In this document: one piece after another, positions 1 to 13,700 of the stretch | How the letters are laid out: the number at the start of each line of letters is the position of its first letter | Position numbering within the stretch: the stretch's first letter is position 1 | NCBI GenBank assembly: GCA_964016885.1 | Contig: OZ024744.1 | Location: 13,454,001 to 13,518,000 of the forward strand | Reading direction: 5' to 3' | Source of the DNA: Eledone cirrhosa | Lineage: Eukaryota | DNA length: 64,000 bases | The notes under the pieces: model-generated | The model's database searches: none | Told to the model about the DNA's origin: nothing | What the model saw: the letters and a program-made list of their open reading frames with translations, nothing else | Program-made: the position numbers and the translations under genes

Positions 1-479
1 CTCCCATACTATGGACATGTTGTTAGAATGTCTCAGTAGATCAGAGAGTCACTCCAGTTAAAGCCACTCTCTAAATTGAGAGATCACAACTCCAATACTA
101 TGGACATGGGGTTTGAAAGTCTCAGTAGATTAGAGTGTCACTCCAGTTAAAGCTACTCTCTAAATTGAGAGATCACAACTCCAATACTATGGACATGGGG
201 TTTGAATGTCTCAGTAGATCAGAGAGTCGCTCAACTTAAAGCCACTCTCTAAATTGAGAGATCACAACTCCAATACTATGGACATGTGGTAAGAATGTCT
301 CAGTAGATCAGAGTGTCACTCCAGTTAAAGCTACTCTCTAAATTGAGAGATCACATCTCCCATACTATGGACATGTGGTTAGAATGTCTCAGTAGATCAG
401 AGAGTCACTCTTGTTAAAGCTTCTCTCTAAATTGAGAGATCACAACTCCCATACTATGGACATGTTGTTTAAATGTCTC

Positions 480-3400
480 AGTAGATCAGAGAGTCACTCC
501 AGATAAAGCTGCTCTCTAAATTGAGAGATCACAACTCCCATACTATGGACATGGGGTTTGAATGTCTCACTAGATCAGAGAGTCACTCCAGTTAAAGCTA
601 CTCTCTAAATTGAGAGATCACAACTCTAATACTATGGACATGTGGTTAGAATGTCACAGTAGATCAGAGAATCACTCCAGTTAAAGCTACTCGCTAAATT
701 GAGAGATCACAACTCCATACTATGGACATGTGGTTAGAATCTCTCAGTAGATCAGAGAATCATTCCAGTTAAAGCCACTCTCTAAATTGAGAGATCACAA
801 CTCCCATACTATGGACGTGTGGTTAGAATGTCTCAGTAGATCAGAGAATCACTCCAGTTAAAGCTACTCTCTAAATTGAGAGATCACATCTCCCATACTA
901 TGGACATGTGGTTAGAATGTCTCAGTAGAACAGAGAGTCTCTCTTGTTAAAGCTACTCTCTAAATTGAGAGATCACAACTCCATTCTATGGACATGGGGT
1001 TTGAATGTCTCAGTCGAACAGAGAGTCTCTCTTGTTAAAACTACTCTCTAAATTGAGAGATCACAACTCCAATACTATGGACATGTGGTTAGAATGTCTC
1101 AGTAGATCAGGGAGTCATTCTTGTTAAATCTACTCTCTAAATTGAGAGATCACAACTCCCATACTATGCACATGTGGTTACAATCTCTCAGTAGATCAGA
1201 GAGTCATTCCAGTTAAAGCCACTCTCTAAATTGAGAGATCACAACTCCCGTACTATGGACGTGTGGTTAGAATGTCTCAGTAGATCAGAGAACACTCCAG
1301 TTAAAGCTACTCTCTAAATTGAGAGATCACAACTCCCATACTATGGAAATGTGGTTAGAACGTCTCAGTAGATCAGAGAGTCACTCCAGTTAAAGCCACT
1401 CTCTAAATTGAGAGATCACAACTCCAATACTATGGACATGTGGTTACAATGTCTCAGTAGATCAGAAAGTCACTCCAGTTAAAGCTACACTCTAAATTGA
1501 GAGATCACAACTCCTATACTATGGACATGGGGTTAGAATGTCTCAGTAGATCACAGTGTCACTCCAGTTAAAGCCACTCTCTAAATTGAGGGATCACAAC
1601 TCCCATACTATGGACGTGTGGTTAGAATGTCTCAGTAGATCAGAGAGTCACTCCAGTTAAAGCCACTCTCTAAATTGAGAGATCACAACTCCAATACTAT
1701 GGACATGTGGTTAGAATGTCTCAGTAGATCAGAGAGTCATTCCAGTTAAAGCCACTCTCTAAATTGAGAGATCACAACTCCCATACTATGGACGTGTGGT
1801 TAGAATGTCTCAGTAGATCAGAGAATCACTCAAGTTAAAGCTACTCTCTAAATTGAGAGATCACAACTCCCATACTATGGAAATGTGGTTAGAATGTCTC
1901 AGTAGATCAGAGAGTCACTCCAGTTAAAGCCACTCTCTAAATTGAGAGATCACAACTCCCATACTATAGACATGTGGTTAGAATGTCTCAGTAGATCAGA
2001 AAGTCACTCCAGTTGAAGCTACACTCTAAATTGAGAGATCACAACTCCAATACTATGGACATGGGGTTAGAATGTCTCAGTAGATCAGAGCGTCACTCCA
2101 GTTAAAGCTGCTCTCTAAATTGAGAGATCACAACTCCCATACTATGGACATGGGGTTTGAATGTCTCACTAGATCAGAGAGTCACTCCAGTTAAAGCTAC
2201 TCTCTAAATTGAGAGATCACAACTCCGATACTATGGACATGTGGTTAGAATGTCTCAGTAGATCAGAGAATCACTCCAGTTAAAGCTACTCGCTAAATTG
2301 AGAGATCACAACTGCATACTATGGACATGTGGTTAGAATCTCTCAGTAGATCAGAGAGTCATTCCAGTTAAAGCCACTCTCTAAATTGAGAGATCACAAC
2401 TCCCATAATATGGACGTGTGGTTAGAATGTCTCAGTAGATCAGAGAATCACTCCAGTTAAAGCTACTCTCTAAATTGAGAGATCACATCTCCCATACTAT
2501 GGACATGTGGTTAGAATGTCTCAGTAGAACAGAGAGTCTCTCTTGTTAAAGCTACTCTCTAAATTGAGAGATCACAACTCCATACTATGGACATGGGGTT
2601 TGAATGTCTCAGTAGAACAGAGAGTCTCTCTTGTTAAAACTACTCTCTAAATTGAGAGATCACAACTCTAATACTATGGACATGTGGTTAGAATGTCTCA
2701 GTAGATCAGGGAGTCATTCTTGTTAAATCTACTCTCTAAATTGAGAGATCACAACTCCCATACTATGCACATGTGGTTACAATCTCTCAGTAGATCAGAG
2801 AGTCATTCCAGTTAAAGCCACTCTCTAAATTGAGAGATCACAACTCCCGTACTATGGACGTGTGGTTAGAATGTCTCAGTAGATCAGAGAACACTCCAGT
2901 TAAAGCTACTCTCTAAATTGAGAGATCACAACTCCCATACTATGGAAATGTGGTTAGAACGTCTCAGTAGATCAGAGAGTCACTCCAGTTAAAGCCACTC
3001 TCTAAATTGAGAGATCACAACTCCAATACTATGGACATGTGGTTACAATGTCTCAGTAGATCAGAAAGTCACTCCAGTTAAAGCTACACTCTAAATTGAG
3101 AGATCACAACTCCTATACTATGGACATGGGGTTAGAATGTCTCAGTAGATCACAGTGTCACTCCAGTTAAAGCCACTCTCTAAATTGAGGGATCACAACT
3201 CCCATACTATGGACATGTTGTTAGAATGTCTCAGTAGATCAGAGAGTCACTCCAGTTAAAGCCACTCTCTAAATTGAGAGATCACAACTCCAATACTATG
3301 GACATGTGGTTAGAATGTCTCAGTAGATCAGAGAGTCATTCCAGTTAAAGCCACTCTCTAAATTGAGAGATCACAACTCCCATACTATGGACGTGTGGTT

Positions 3401-5900
3401 AGAATGTCTCAGTAGATCAGAGAATCACTCAAGTTAAAGCTACTCTCTAAATTGAGAGATCACAACTCCCATACTATGGAAATGTGGTTAGAATGTCTCA
3501 GTAGATCAGAGAGTCACTCCAGTTAAAGCCACTCTCTAAATTGAGAGATCACAACTCCCATACTATAGACATGTGGTTAGAATGTCTCAGTAGATCAGAA
3601 AGTCACTCCAGTTAAAGCTACACTCTAAATTGAGAGATCACAACTCCAATACTATGGACATGGGGTTAGAATGTCTCAGTAGATCAGAGCGTCACTCCAG
3701 TTAAAGCTGCTCTCTAAATTGAGAGATCACAACTCCCATACTATGGACATGGGGTTTGAATGTCTCACTAGATCAGAGAGTCACTCCAGTTAAAGCTACT
3801 CTCTAAATTGAGAGATCACAACTCCGATACTATGGACATGTGGTTAGAATGTCTCAGTAGATCAGAGAATCACTCCAGTTAAAGCTACTCGCTAAATTGA
3901 GAGATCACAACTGCATACTATGGACATGTGGTTAGAATCTCTCAGTAGATCAGAGAGTCATTCCAGTTAAAGCCACTCTCTAAATTGAGAGATCACAACT
4001 CCCATAATATGGACGTGTGGTTAGAATGTCTCAGTAGATCAGAGAATCACTCCAGTTAAAGCTACTCTCTAAATTGAGAGATCACATCTCCCATACTATG
4101 GACATGTGGTTAGAATGTCTCAGTAGAACAGAGAGTCTCTCTTGTTAAAGCTACTCTCTAAATTGAGAGATCACAACTCCATACTATGGACATGGGGTTT
4201 GAATGTCTCAGTAGAACAGAGAGTCTCTCTTGTTAAAACTACTCTCTAAATTGAGAGATCACAACTCCATACTATGGACATGGGGTTTGAAAGTCTCAGT
4301 AGATTAGAGTGTCACTCCAGTTAAAGCCACTCTCTAAATTGAGAGATCACAACTCCCATACTATGCACATGTGGTTACAATCTCTCAGTAGATCAGAGAG
4401 TCATTCCAGTTAAAGCCACTCTCTAAATTGAGAGATCACAACTCCCGTACTATGGACGTGTGGTTAGAATGTCTCAGTAGATCAGAGAACACTCCAGTTA
4501 AAGCTACTCTCTAAATTGAGAGATCACAACTCCCATACTATGGAAATGTGGTTAGAACGTCTCAGTAGATCAGAGAGTCACTCCAGTTAAAGCCACTCTC
4601 TAAATTGAGAGATCACAACTCCAATACTATGGACATGTGGTTACAATGTCTCAGTAGATCAGAAAGTCACTCCAGTTAAAGCTACACTCTAAATTGAGAG
4701 TTCACACCTCCTATACTATGGACATGGGGTTAGAATGTCTCAGTAGATCACAGTGTCACTCCAGTTAAAGCCACTCTCTAAATTGAGGGATCACAACTCC
4801 CATACTATGGACATGTTGTTAGAATGTCTCAGTAGATCAGAGAGTCACTTCAGTTAAAGCCACTCTCTAAATTGAGAGATCACAACTCCAATACTATGGA
4901 CATGTGGTTAGAATGTCTCAGTAGATCAGAGAGTCATTCCAGTTAAAGCCACTCTCTAAATTGAGAGATCACAACTCCCATACTATGGACGTGTGGTTAG
5001 AATGTCTCAGTAGATCAGAGAATCACTCAAGTTAAAGCTACTCTCTAAATTGAGAGATCACAACTCCCATACTATGGAAATGTGGTTAGAATGTCTCAGT
5101 AGATCAGAGAGTCACTCCAGTTAAAGCCACTCTCTAAATTGAGAGATCACAACTCCCATACTATAGACATGTGGTTAGAATGTCTCAGTAGATCAGAAAG
5201 TCACTCCAGTTAAAGCTACACTCTAAATTGAGAGATCACAACTCCAATACTATGGACATGAGGTTAGAATGTCTCAGTAGATCAGAGCGTCACTCCAGTT
5301 AAAGCTGCTCTCTAAATTGAGAGATCACAACTCCCATACTATGGACATGGGGTTTGAATGTCTCACTAGATCAGAGAGTCACTCCAGTTAAAGCTACTCT
5401 CTAAATTGAGAGATCACAACTCCGATACTATGGACATGTGGTTAGAATGTCTCAGTAGATCAGAGAATCACTCCAGTTAAAGCTACTCGCTAAATTGAGA
5501 GATCACAACTGCATACTATGGACATGTGGTTAGAATCTCTCAGTAGATCAGAGAGTCATTCCAGTTAAAGCCACTCTCTAAATTGAGAGATCACAACTCC
5601 CATACCATGGACGTGTGGTTAGAATGTCTCAGTAGATCAGAGAATCACTCCAGTTAAAGCTACTCTCTAAATTGAGAGATCACATCTCCCATACTATGGA
5701 CATGTGGTTAGAATGTCTCAGTAGAACAGAGAGTCTCTCTTGTTAAAGCTACTCTCTAAATTGAGAGATCACAACTCCATACTATGGACATGGGGTTTGA
5801 ATGTCTCAGTAGAACAGAGAGTATCTCTTGTTAAAACTACTCTCTAAATTGAGAGATCACAACTCCATACTATGGACATGGGGTTTGAAAGTCTCAGTAG
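480..5900. repeat. 18-mer higher-order repeat (1598-1599 bp, about 3.4 copies)
   Basis: Marker TCGCTAAA at 691, 2290, 3889, 5487; ATACTATGCA at 1161, 2760, 4358; the C of CAGAGCGTC at 2091, 3690, 5288. Period = 18x89 minus three or four 1-bp deletions. Confidence 0.9.
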
Positions 5901-8900
5901 ATTAGAGTGTCACTCCAGTTAAAGCCACTCTCTAAATTCAGAGATCACAACTCCAACACTATGGACATGGGGTTTGAATGTCTCAGTAGATCAGAGTGTC
6001 ACTCCAGTTAAAGTTACTCTCTAAATTGAGAGATCACAACTCCAATAATATGGATATGGGGTTTGAATGTCTCAGTAGATCAGAGAGTCACTCCAGTTAA
6101 AGCTACTCTCTAAATTGAGAGATCACAACTCCAATACTATGGACATGTGGTTAGAATGTCTCAGTAGATCAGGGAGTCATTCTTGTTAAATCTACTCTCT
6201 AAATTGAGAGATCACAACTCCCATACTATGGACATGTGGTTACAATCTCTCAGTAGATCAGAGAGTCACTCCAGTTAAAGCCACTCTCTAAATTGAGAGA
6301 TCACAACTCCAATACTATGGACATGTGGTTAGAATGTCTCAGTAGATCAGAAAGTCACTCCAGTTAAAGCTACACTCTAAATTGAGAGATCACAACTCCT
6401 ATACTATGGACATGGGGTTAGAATGTCTCAGTAGATCACAGTGTCACTCCAGTTAAAGCCACTCTCTAAATTGAGGGATCACAACTCCCATACTATGGAC
6501 ATGTTGTTAGAATGTCTCAGTAGATCAGAGAGTCACTCCAGATAAAGCCACTCTCTAAATTGAGAGATCACAACTCCAATACTATGGACATGTGGTTAGA
6601 ATGTCTCAGTAGATCAGAGAGTCATTCCAGTTAAAGCCACTCTCTAAATTGAGAGATCAAAACTCCCATACTATGGACGTGTGGTTAGAATGTCTCAGTA
6701 GATCAGAGAATCACTCCAGTTAAAGCTACTCTCTAAATTGAGAGATCACAACTCCCATACTATGGAAATGTGGTTAGAATGTCTCAGTAGATCAGAGAGT
6801 CACTCCAGTTAAAGCCACTGTCTAAATTGAGAGATCACAACTCCCATATTATAGACATGTGGTTAGAATGTCTCAGTAGATCAGAAAGTCACTCCAGTTA
6901 AAGCTACACTCTAAATTGAGAGATCACAACTCCAATACTATGGACATGGGGTTAGAATGTCTCAGTAGATCAGAGTGTCACTCCAGTTAAAGCCACTCTC
7001 TAAATTGAGGGATCACAACTCCCATACTATGGACATGTTAGAATGTCTCAGTAGATCAGAGAGTCACTCCAGTTAAAGCCACTCTCTAAATTGAGAGATC
7101 ACAACTCCAATACTATGGACATGGTGTTTGAAAGTCTCAGTAGATTAGAGTGTCACTCCAGTTAAAGCTACTCTCTGAATTGAGAGATCACAACTCCAAT
7201 ACTATGGACATGGGGTTTGAATGTCTCAGTAGATCAGAGAGTCGCTCAAGTTAAAGCCACTCTCTAAATTGAGAGATCGCAACTCCAATACTATGGACAT
7301 GTGGTTAGAATGTCTCAGTAGATCAGAGTGTCACTCCAGTTAAAGCTACTCTCTAAATTGAGAGATCACATCTCCCATACTATGGACATGTGTTTAGAAT
7401 GTCTCAGTAGATCAGAGAGTCACTCTTGTTAAAGCTACTCTCTAAATTGAGAGATCACAACTCCCATACTATGGAAATGTGGTTAGAATGTCTCAGTAGA
7501 TCAGAGAGTCACTCCAGTTAAAGCCACTCTCTAAATTGAGAGATCACAACTCCCATACTATAGACATGTGGTTAGAATGTCTCAGTAGATCAGAAAGTCA
7601 CTCCAGTTAAAGCTACACTCTAAATTGAGAGATCACAACTCCCATACTATGGATATGGGGTTTGAATGTCTCACTAGATCAGAGAGTCACTCCAGTTAAA
7701 GCTACTCTCTAAATTGAGAGATCACAACTCCGATACTATGGACATGTGGTTAGAATGTCTCAGTAGATCAGAGAATCACTCCAGTTAAAGCTACTCGCTA
7801 AATTGAGAGATAACAACTGCATACTATGGACATGTGGTTAGAATCTCTCAGTAGATCAGAGAGTCATTCCAGTTAAAGCCACTCTCTAAATTGAGAGATC
7901 ACAACTCCCATACTATGGACGTGTGGTTAGAATGTCTCAGTAGATCAGAGAATCACTCCAGTTAAAGCTACTCTCTAAATTGAGAGATCACATCTCCCAT
8001 ACTATGGACATGTGGTTAGAATGTCTCAGTAGAACAGAGAGTCTCTCTTGTTAAAGCTACTCTCTAAATTGAGAGATCACAACTCCATACTATGGACATG
8101 GGGTTTGAATGTCTCAGTAGAACAGAGAGTCTCTCTTGTTAAAGCTACTCTCTAAATTGAGGGATCACAACTCCCATACTATGGACATGTTGTTAGAATG
8201 TCTCAGTAGATCAGAGAGTCACTCCAGTTAAAGCCACTCTCTAAATTGAGAGATCACAACTCCAATACTATGGACATGGGGTTTGAAAGTCTCAGTAGAT
8301 TAGAGTGTCACTCCAGTTAAAGCTACTCTCTAAATTGAGAGATCACAACTCCAATACTATGGACATGGGGTTTGAATGTCTCAGTAGATCAGAGAGTCGC
8401 TCAAGTTAAAGCCACTCTCTAAATTGAGAGATCACAACTCCAATACTATGGACATGTGGTTAGAATGTCTCAGTAGATCAGAGAGTCACTCTTGTTAAAG
8501 CTACTCTCTAAATTGAGAGATCACAACTCCCATACTATGGACATGTTGTTTAAATGTCTCAGTAGATCAGAGAGTCACTCCAGTTAAAGCTGCTCTCTAA
8601 ATTGAGGGATCACAACTCCCATACTATGGACATGGGGTTTGAATGTCTCACTAGATCAGAGAGTCACTCCAGTTAAAGCTACTCCCTAAATTGAGAGATC
8701 ACAACTCCAATACTATGGACATGTGGTTAGAATGTCTCAGTAGATCAGAGAATCACTCCAGTTAAAGCTACTCTCTAAATTGAGAGATCACATCTCCCAT
8801 ATTATGGACATGTGGTTAGAATGTCTCAGTAGAACAGAGAGTCTCTCTTGTTAAAGCTACTCTCTAAATTGAGAGATCACAACTCCATACTATGGACATG

Positions 8901-9059
8901 TGGTTAGAATCTCTCAATAGATTAGTGAGTCATTCCAGTTAAAGCCACTCTCTAAATTGAGAGATCACAACTCCCATACTATGGACGTGTGGTTAGAATG
9001 TCTCAGTAGATCAGAGAATCACTCCAGTTAAAGCTACTCTCTAAATTGAGAGATCACAA

Positions 9060-10750
9060 CTCCCATACTATGGAAATGTGGTTAGAATGTCTCAGTAGAA
9101 CAGAGAGTCTCTCTTGTTAAAGCTACTCTCTAAATTGAGAGATCACAACTCCCAAACTATGGAAACGTGGTTAGAATGTCTCAGTAGATCAGAGATTCAC
9201 TCCAGTTAAAGCCACTCTCTAAATTGAGAGATCACAACTCCCATACTATGGACATGTGGTTAGAATGGCTCAGTAGATCAGAGAGTCACTCCAGTTAAAG
9301 CTGCTCTCTAAATTGAGAGATCACAACTCCAATACTATGGAAATGTGGTTAGAATGTCTCAGCAGATCAGAGAATCACTCCAGTTAAAGCTGCTCTCTAA
9401 ATTGAGAGATCACAACTCCAATACTATGGACATGTTGTTTAAATGTCTCAGTAGATCAGAGAGTCACTCCAGTTAAAGCTGCTCTCTAAATTGAGAGATC
9501 ACAACTCCCATACTATCGACATGGGGTTTGAATGTCTCACTAGATCAGAGAGTCACTCCAGTTAAAGCCACTCTCTAAATTGAGAGATCACAACTCCCAT
9601 ACTATGGACGTGTGGTTAGAATGTCTCAGTAGATCAGAAAGTCACTCCAGTTAAAGCTACACTCTAAATTGAGAGATCACAACTCCTATACTATGGACAT
9701 GTGGTTAGAATGTCTCAGCAGATCAGAGAATCACTCCAGTTAAAGCTGCTCTCTAAATTGAGAGATCACAACTCCAATACTATGGACATGTTGTTTAAAT
9801 GTCTCAGTAGATCAGAGAATCACTCCAGTTAAAGCTACTCTCTAAATTGAGAGATCACAACTCCCATACAATGGAAGTGTGGTTAGAATGTCTCAGTAGA
9901 TCAGAGAGTCACTCCAGTTAGAGCCACTCTCTAAATTGAGAGATCACAACTCCAATACTATGGACATGTGGTTAGAATGTCTCAGTAGATCAGAAAGTCA
10001 CTCCAGTTAAAGCTACACTCTAAATTGAGAGATCACAACTCCTATACTATGGACGTGGTGTTAGAATGTCTCAGTAGATCAGAAAGTCACTCCAGTTAAA
10101 GCTACACTCTAAATTGAGAGATCACAACTCCGATACTATGGACATGTGGTTAGAATGTCTCAGTAGATCAGAGAATCACTCCAGTTAAAGCTACTCTCTA
10201 AATTGAGAGATCACATCTCCCATACTGTGGACATGGGGTTAGAATGTCTCAGTAGAACAGAGAGTCTCTCTTGTTAAAGCTACTCTTTAAATTGAGAGAT
10301 CACAACTCCCAAACTATGGAAACGTGGTTAGAATGTCTCAGTAGATCAGAGATTCACTCCAGTTAAAGCCACTCTCTAAATTGAGAGATCACAACTCCCA
10401 TACTATGGACATGTGGTTAGAATGGCTCAGTAGATCAGAGAGTCACTCCAGTTAAAGCTGCTCTCTAAATTGAGAGATCACAACCCCAATACTATGGACA
10501 TGTGGTTAGAATGTCTCAGTAGATCAGAGAATCACTCCAGTTAAAGCTGCTCTCTAAATTGAGAGATCACAACTCCAATACTATGGACATGTTGTTTAAA
10601 TGTCTCAGTAGATCAGAGAGTCACTCCAGTTAAAGCTGCTCTCTAAATTGAGAGATCACAACTCCCATACTATCGACATGGGGTTTGAATGTCTCACTAG
10701 ATCAGAGAGTCACTCCAGTTAAAGCCACTCTCTAAATTGAGAGATCACAA
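9060..10750. repeat. Duplicated monomer block at 13-monomer (1157 bp) spacing
   Basis: CCCAAACTATGGAAACG at 9151 and 10308; AATGGCTCAG at about 9264 and 10421; TATCGACAT at about 9514 and 10671. Confidence 0.8.
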
Positions 10751-10769
10751 CTCCCATACTATGGACGTG

Positions 10770-13700
10770 TGGTTAGAATGTCTCAGTAGATCAGAGAATC
10801 ACTCCAGTTAAAGCTACTCTCTAAATTGAGAGATCACAACTCCCATACAATGGAAGTGTGGTTAGAATGTCTCAGTAGATCAGAGAGTCACTCCAGTTAG
10901 AGCCACTCTCTAAATTGAGAGATCACAACTCCAATACTATGGACATGTGGTTAGAATGTCTCAGTAGATCAGAAAGTCACTCCAGTTAAAGCTACACTCT
11001 AAATTGAGAAATCACAACTCCTATACTATGGACGTGGGGTTAGAATGTCTCAGTAGATCAGAGTGTCACTCCAGTTAAAGCCACTCTCTAAATTGAGGGA
11101 TCACAACTCCCATACTATGGACATGTTGTTAGAATGTCTCAGTAGATCAGAGAGTCACTCCAGTTAAAGCCACTCTCTAAATTGAGAGATCACAACTCCA
11201 ATACTATGGACATGTGGTTAGAATGTGTCAGTAGATCAGAAAGTCACTCCAGTTAAAGCTACACTCTAAATTGAGAGATCACAACTCCTATACTATGGAC
11301 ATGGGGTTAGAATGTCTCAGTAGATCAGAAAGTCACTCCAGTTAAAGCTACACTCTAAATTGAGAGATCACAACTCCAATACTATGGACATGGGGTTAGA
11401 ATGTCTCAGTAGATCAGATTGTCACTCCAGTTAAAGCCACTCTCTAAATTGAGGGATCACAACTCCCATACTATGGACATGTTGTTAGAATGTCTCAGTA
11501 GATCAGAGAGTCACTCCAGTTAAAGCCACTCTCTAAATTGAGAGATCACAACTCCAATACTATGGACATGGGGTTTGAAAGTCTCAGTAGATTAGAGTGT
11601 CACTCCAGTTAAAGCTACTCTCTAAATTGAGAGATCACAACTCCAATACTATGGACATGGGGTTTGAATGTCTCAGTAGATCAGAGAGTGGCTCAAGTTA
11701 AAGCCACTCTCTAAATTGAGAGATACACAACTCCAATACTATGGACATGTGGTTAGAATGTCTCAGTAGATCAGAGTGTCACTCCAGTTAAAGCTACTCT
11801 CTAAATTGAGAGATCACATCTCCCATACTATGGACATGTGGTTAGAATGTCTCAGTAGATCAGAGAGTCACTATTGTTAACGCTACTCTCTAAATTGAGA
11901 GATCACAACTCCCATACTATGGACATGTTGTTTAAATGTCTCAGTAGATCAGAGAGTCACTCCAGTTAAAGCTGCTCTCTAAATTGAGAGATCACAACTC
12001 CCATACTATGGACATGGGGTTTAATGTCTCACTAGATCAGAGAGTCACTCCAGTTAAAGCTACTCTCTAAATTGAGAGATCACAACTCCAATACTATGGA
12101 CATGTGCTTAGAATGTCTCAGTAGATCAGAGAGTCATTCCAGTTAAAGCCACTCTCTAAATTGAGAGATCACAACTCCCATACTATGGACGTGTGGTTAG
12201 AATGTATCAGTAGATCAGAGAATCACTCTAGTTAAAGCTACTCTCTAAATTGAGAGATCACAACTCCCATACTATAGACATGTGGTTAGAATGTCTCAGT
12301 AGATCAGAGAGTCACTCCAGTTAAAGCTACTCTCTAAATTGAGAGATCACAACTCCCATACTATGGACATGTGGTTTGAAAGTCTCAGTAGATTAGAGTG
12401 TCACTCCAGTTAAAGCTACTCTCTAAATTGAGAGATCACAACTCCAATACTATGGACATGTGGTTAGAATGTCTCAGTAGATCAGAGTGTCACTCCAGTT
12501 AAAGCTACTCTCTAAATTGTGAGATCACATCTCCCATACTATGGACATGTGGTTAGAATGTCTCAGTAGATCAGAGAGTCACTCTTGTTAAAGCTACTCT
12601 CTAAATTGAGAGATCACAACTCCCATACTATGGACGTGTGGTTAGAATGTCTCAGTAGATCAGAGAATCACTCCAGTTAAAGCTACTCTCTAAATTGAGA
12701 GATCACAACTCCCATACAATGGAATGTGGTTAGAATGTCTCAGTAGATCAGAGAGTCACTCCAGTTAGAGCCACTCTCTAAATTGAGAGATCACAACTCC
12801 AATACTATGGACATGTGGTTAGAATGTCTCAGTAGATCAGAAAGTCACTCCAGTTAAAGCTACACTCTAAATTGAGAGATCACAACTCCTATACTATGGA
12901 CGTGGGGTTAGAATGTCTCAGTAGATCAGAGTGTCACTCCAGTTAAAGCCACTCTCTAAATTGAGGGATCACAACTCCCATACTATGGACATGTTGTTAG
13001 AATGTCTCAGTAGATCAGAGAGTCACTCCAGTTAAAGCCACTCTCTAAATTGAGAGATCACAACTCCAATACTATGGACATGTGGTTAGAATGTGTCAGT
13101 AGATCAGAAAGTCACTCCAGTTCAAGCTACACTCTAAATTGAGAGATCACAACTCCTATACTATGGACATGGGGTTAGAATGTCTCAGTAGATCAGAAAG
13201 TCACTCCAGTTAAAGCTACACTCTAAATTGAGAGATCACAACTCCAATACTATGGACATGGGGTTAGAATGTCTCAGTAGATCAGATTGTCACTACAGTT
13301 AAAGCCACTCTCTAAATTGAGGGATCACAACTCCCATACTATGGACATGTTGTTAGAATGTCTCAGTAGATCAGAGAGTCACTCCAGTTAAAGCCACTCT
13401 CTAAATTGAGAGATCACAACTCCAATACTATGGACATGGGGTTTGAAAGTCTCAGTAGATTAGAGTGTCACTCCAGTTAAAGCTACTCTCTAAATTGAGA
13501 GATCACAACTCCAATACTATGGACATGAGGTTTGAATGTCTCAGTAGATCAGAGAGTGGCTCAAGTTAAAGCCACTCTCTAAATTGAGAGATACACAACT
13601 CCAATACTATGGACATGTGGTTAGAATGTCTCAGTAGATCAGAGTGTCACTCCAGTTAAAGCTACTCTCTAAATTGAGAGATCACATCTCCCATACTATG

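Noticed and set aside
1-89. Hammerhead ribozyme satellite, as in newt, schistosome or cricket satellites
   Set aside because: There is no CTGANGA core on either strand (the minus strand has CTGATCT and CTGAGAC), and GAAA occurs only in minor variants.
1-89. tRNA, 5S, snRNA or spliced-leader tandem gene array; CENP-B box
   Set aside because: I recognised no cloverleaf, A/B box or SL/Sm motif. The CENP-B box needs CpGs, which the consensus lacks. No covariance-model search was run.
1463-1493. Compensatory covariation between GAAAGT and ACACTCT variants in the 7-bp stem
   Set aside because: The two changes co-occur but do not restore pairing (AGAAAGT would need ACTTTCT). The linkage is explained by shared descent.
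1528-1537. Telomere-like GGGTTAG motif
   Set aside because: It is a single, polymorphic 6-7 nt match per monomer and never tandem, which is compatible with chance.
7030-7045. 3-bp deletion monomer (GGACATGTTAGAATG)
   Set aside because: It is a single slippage in TGTTGTT, was not propagated, and is ordinary.
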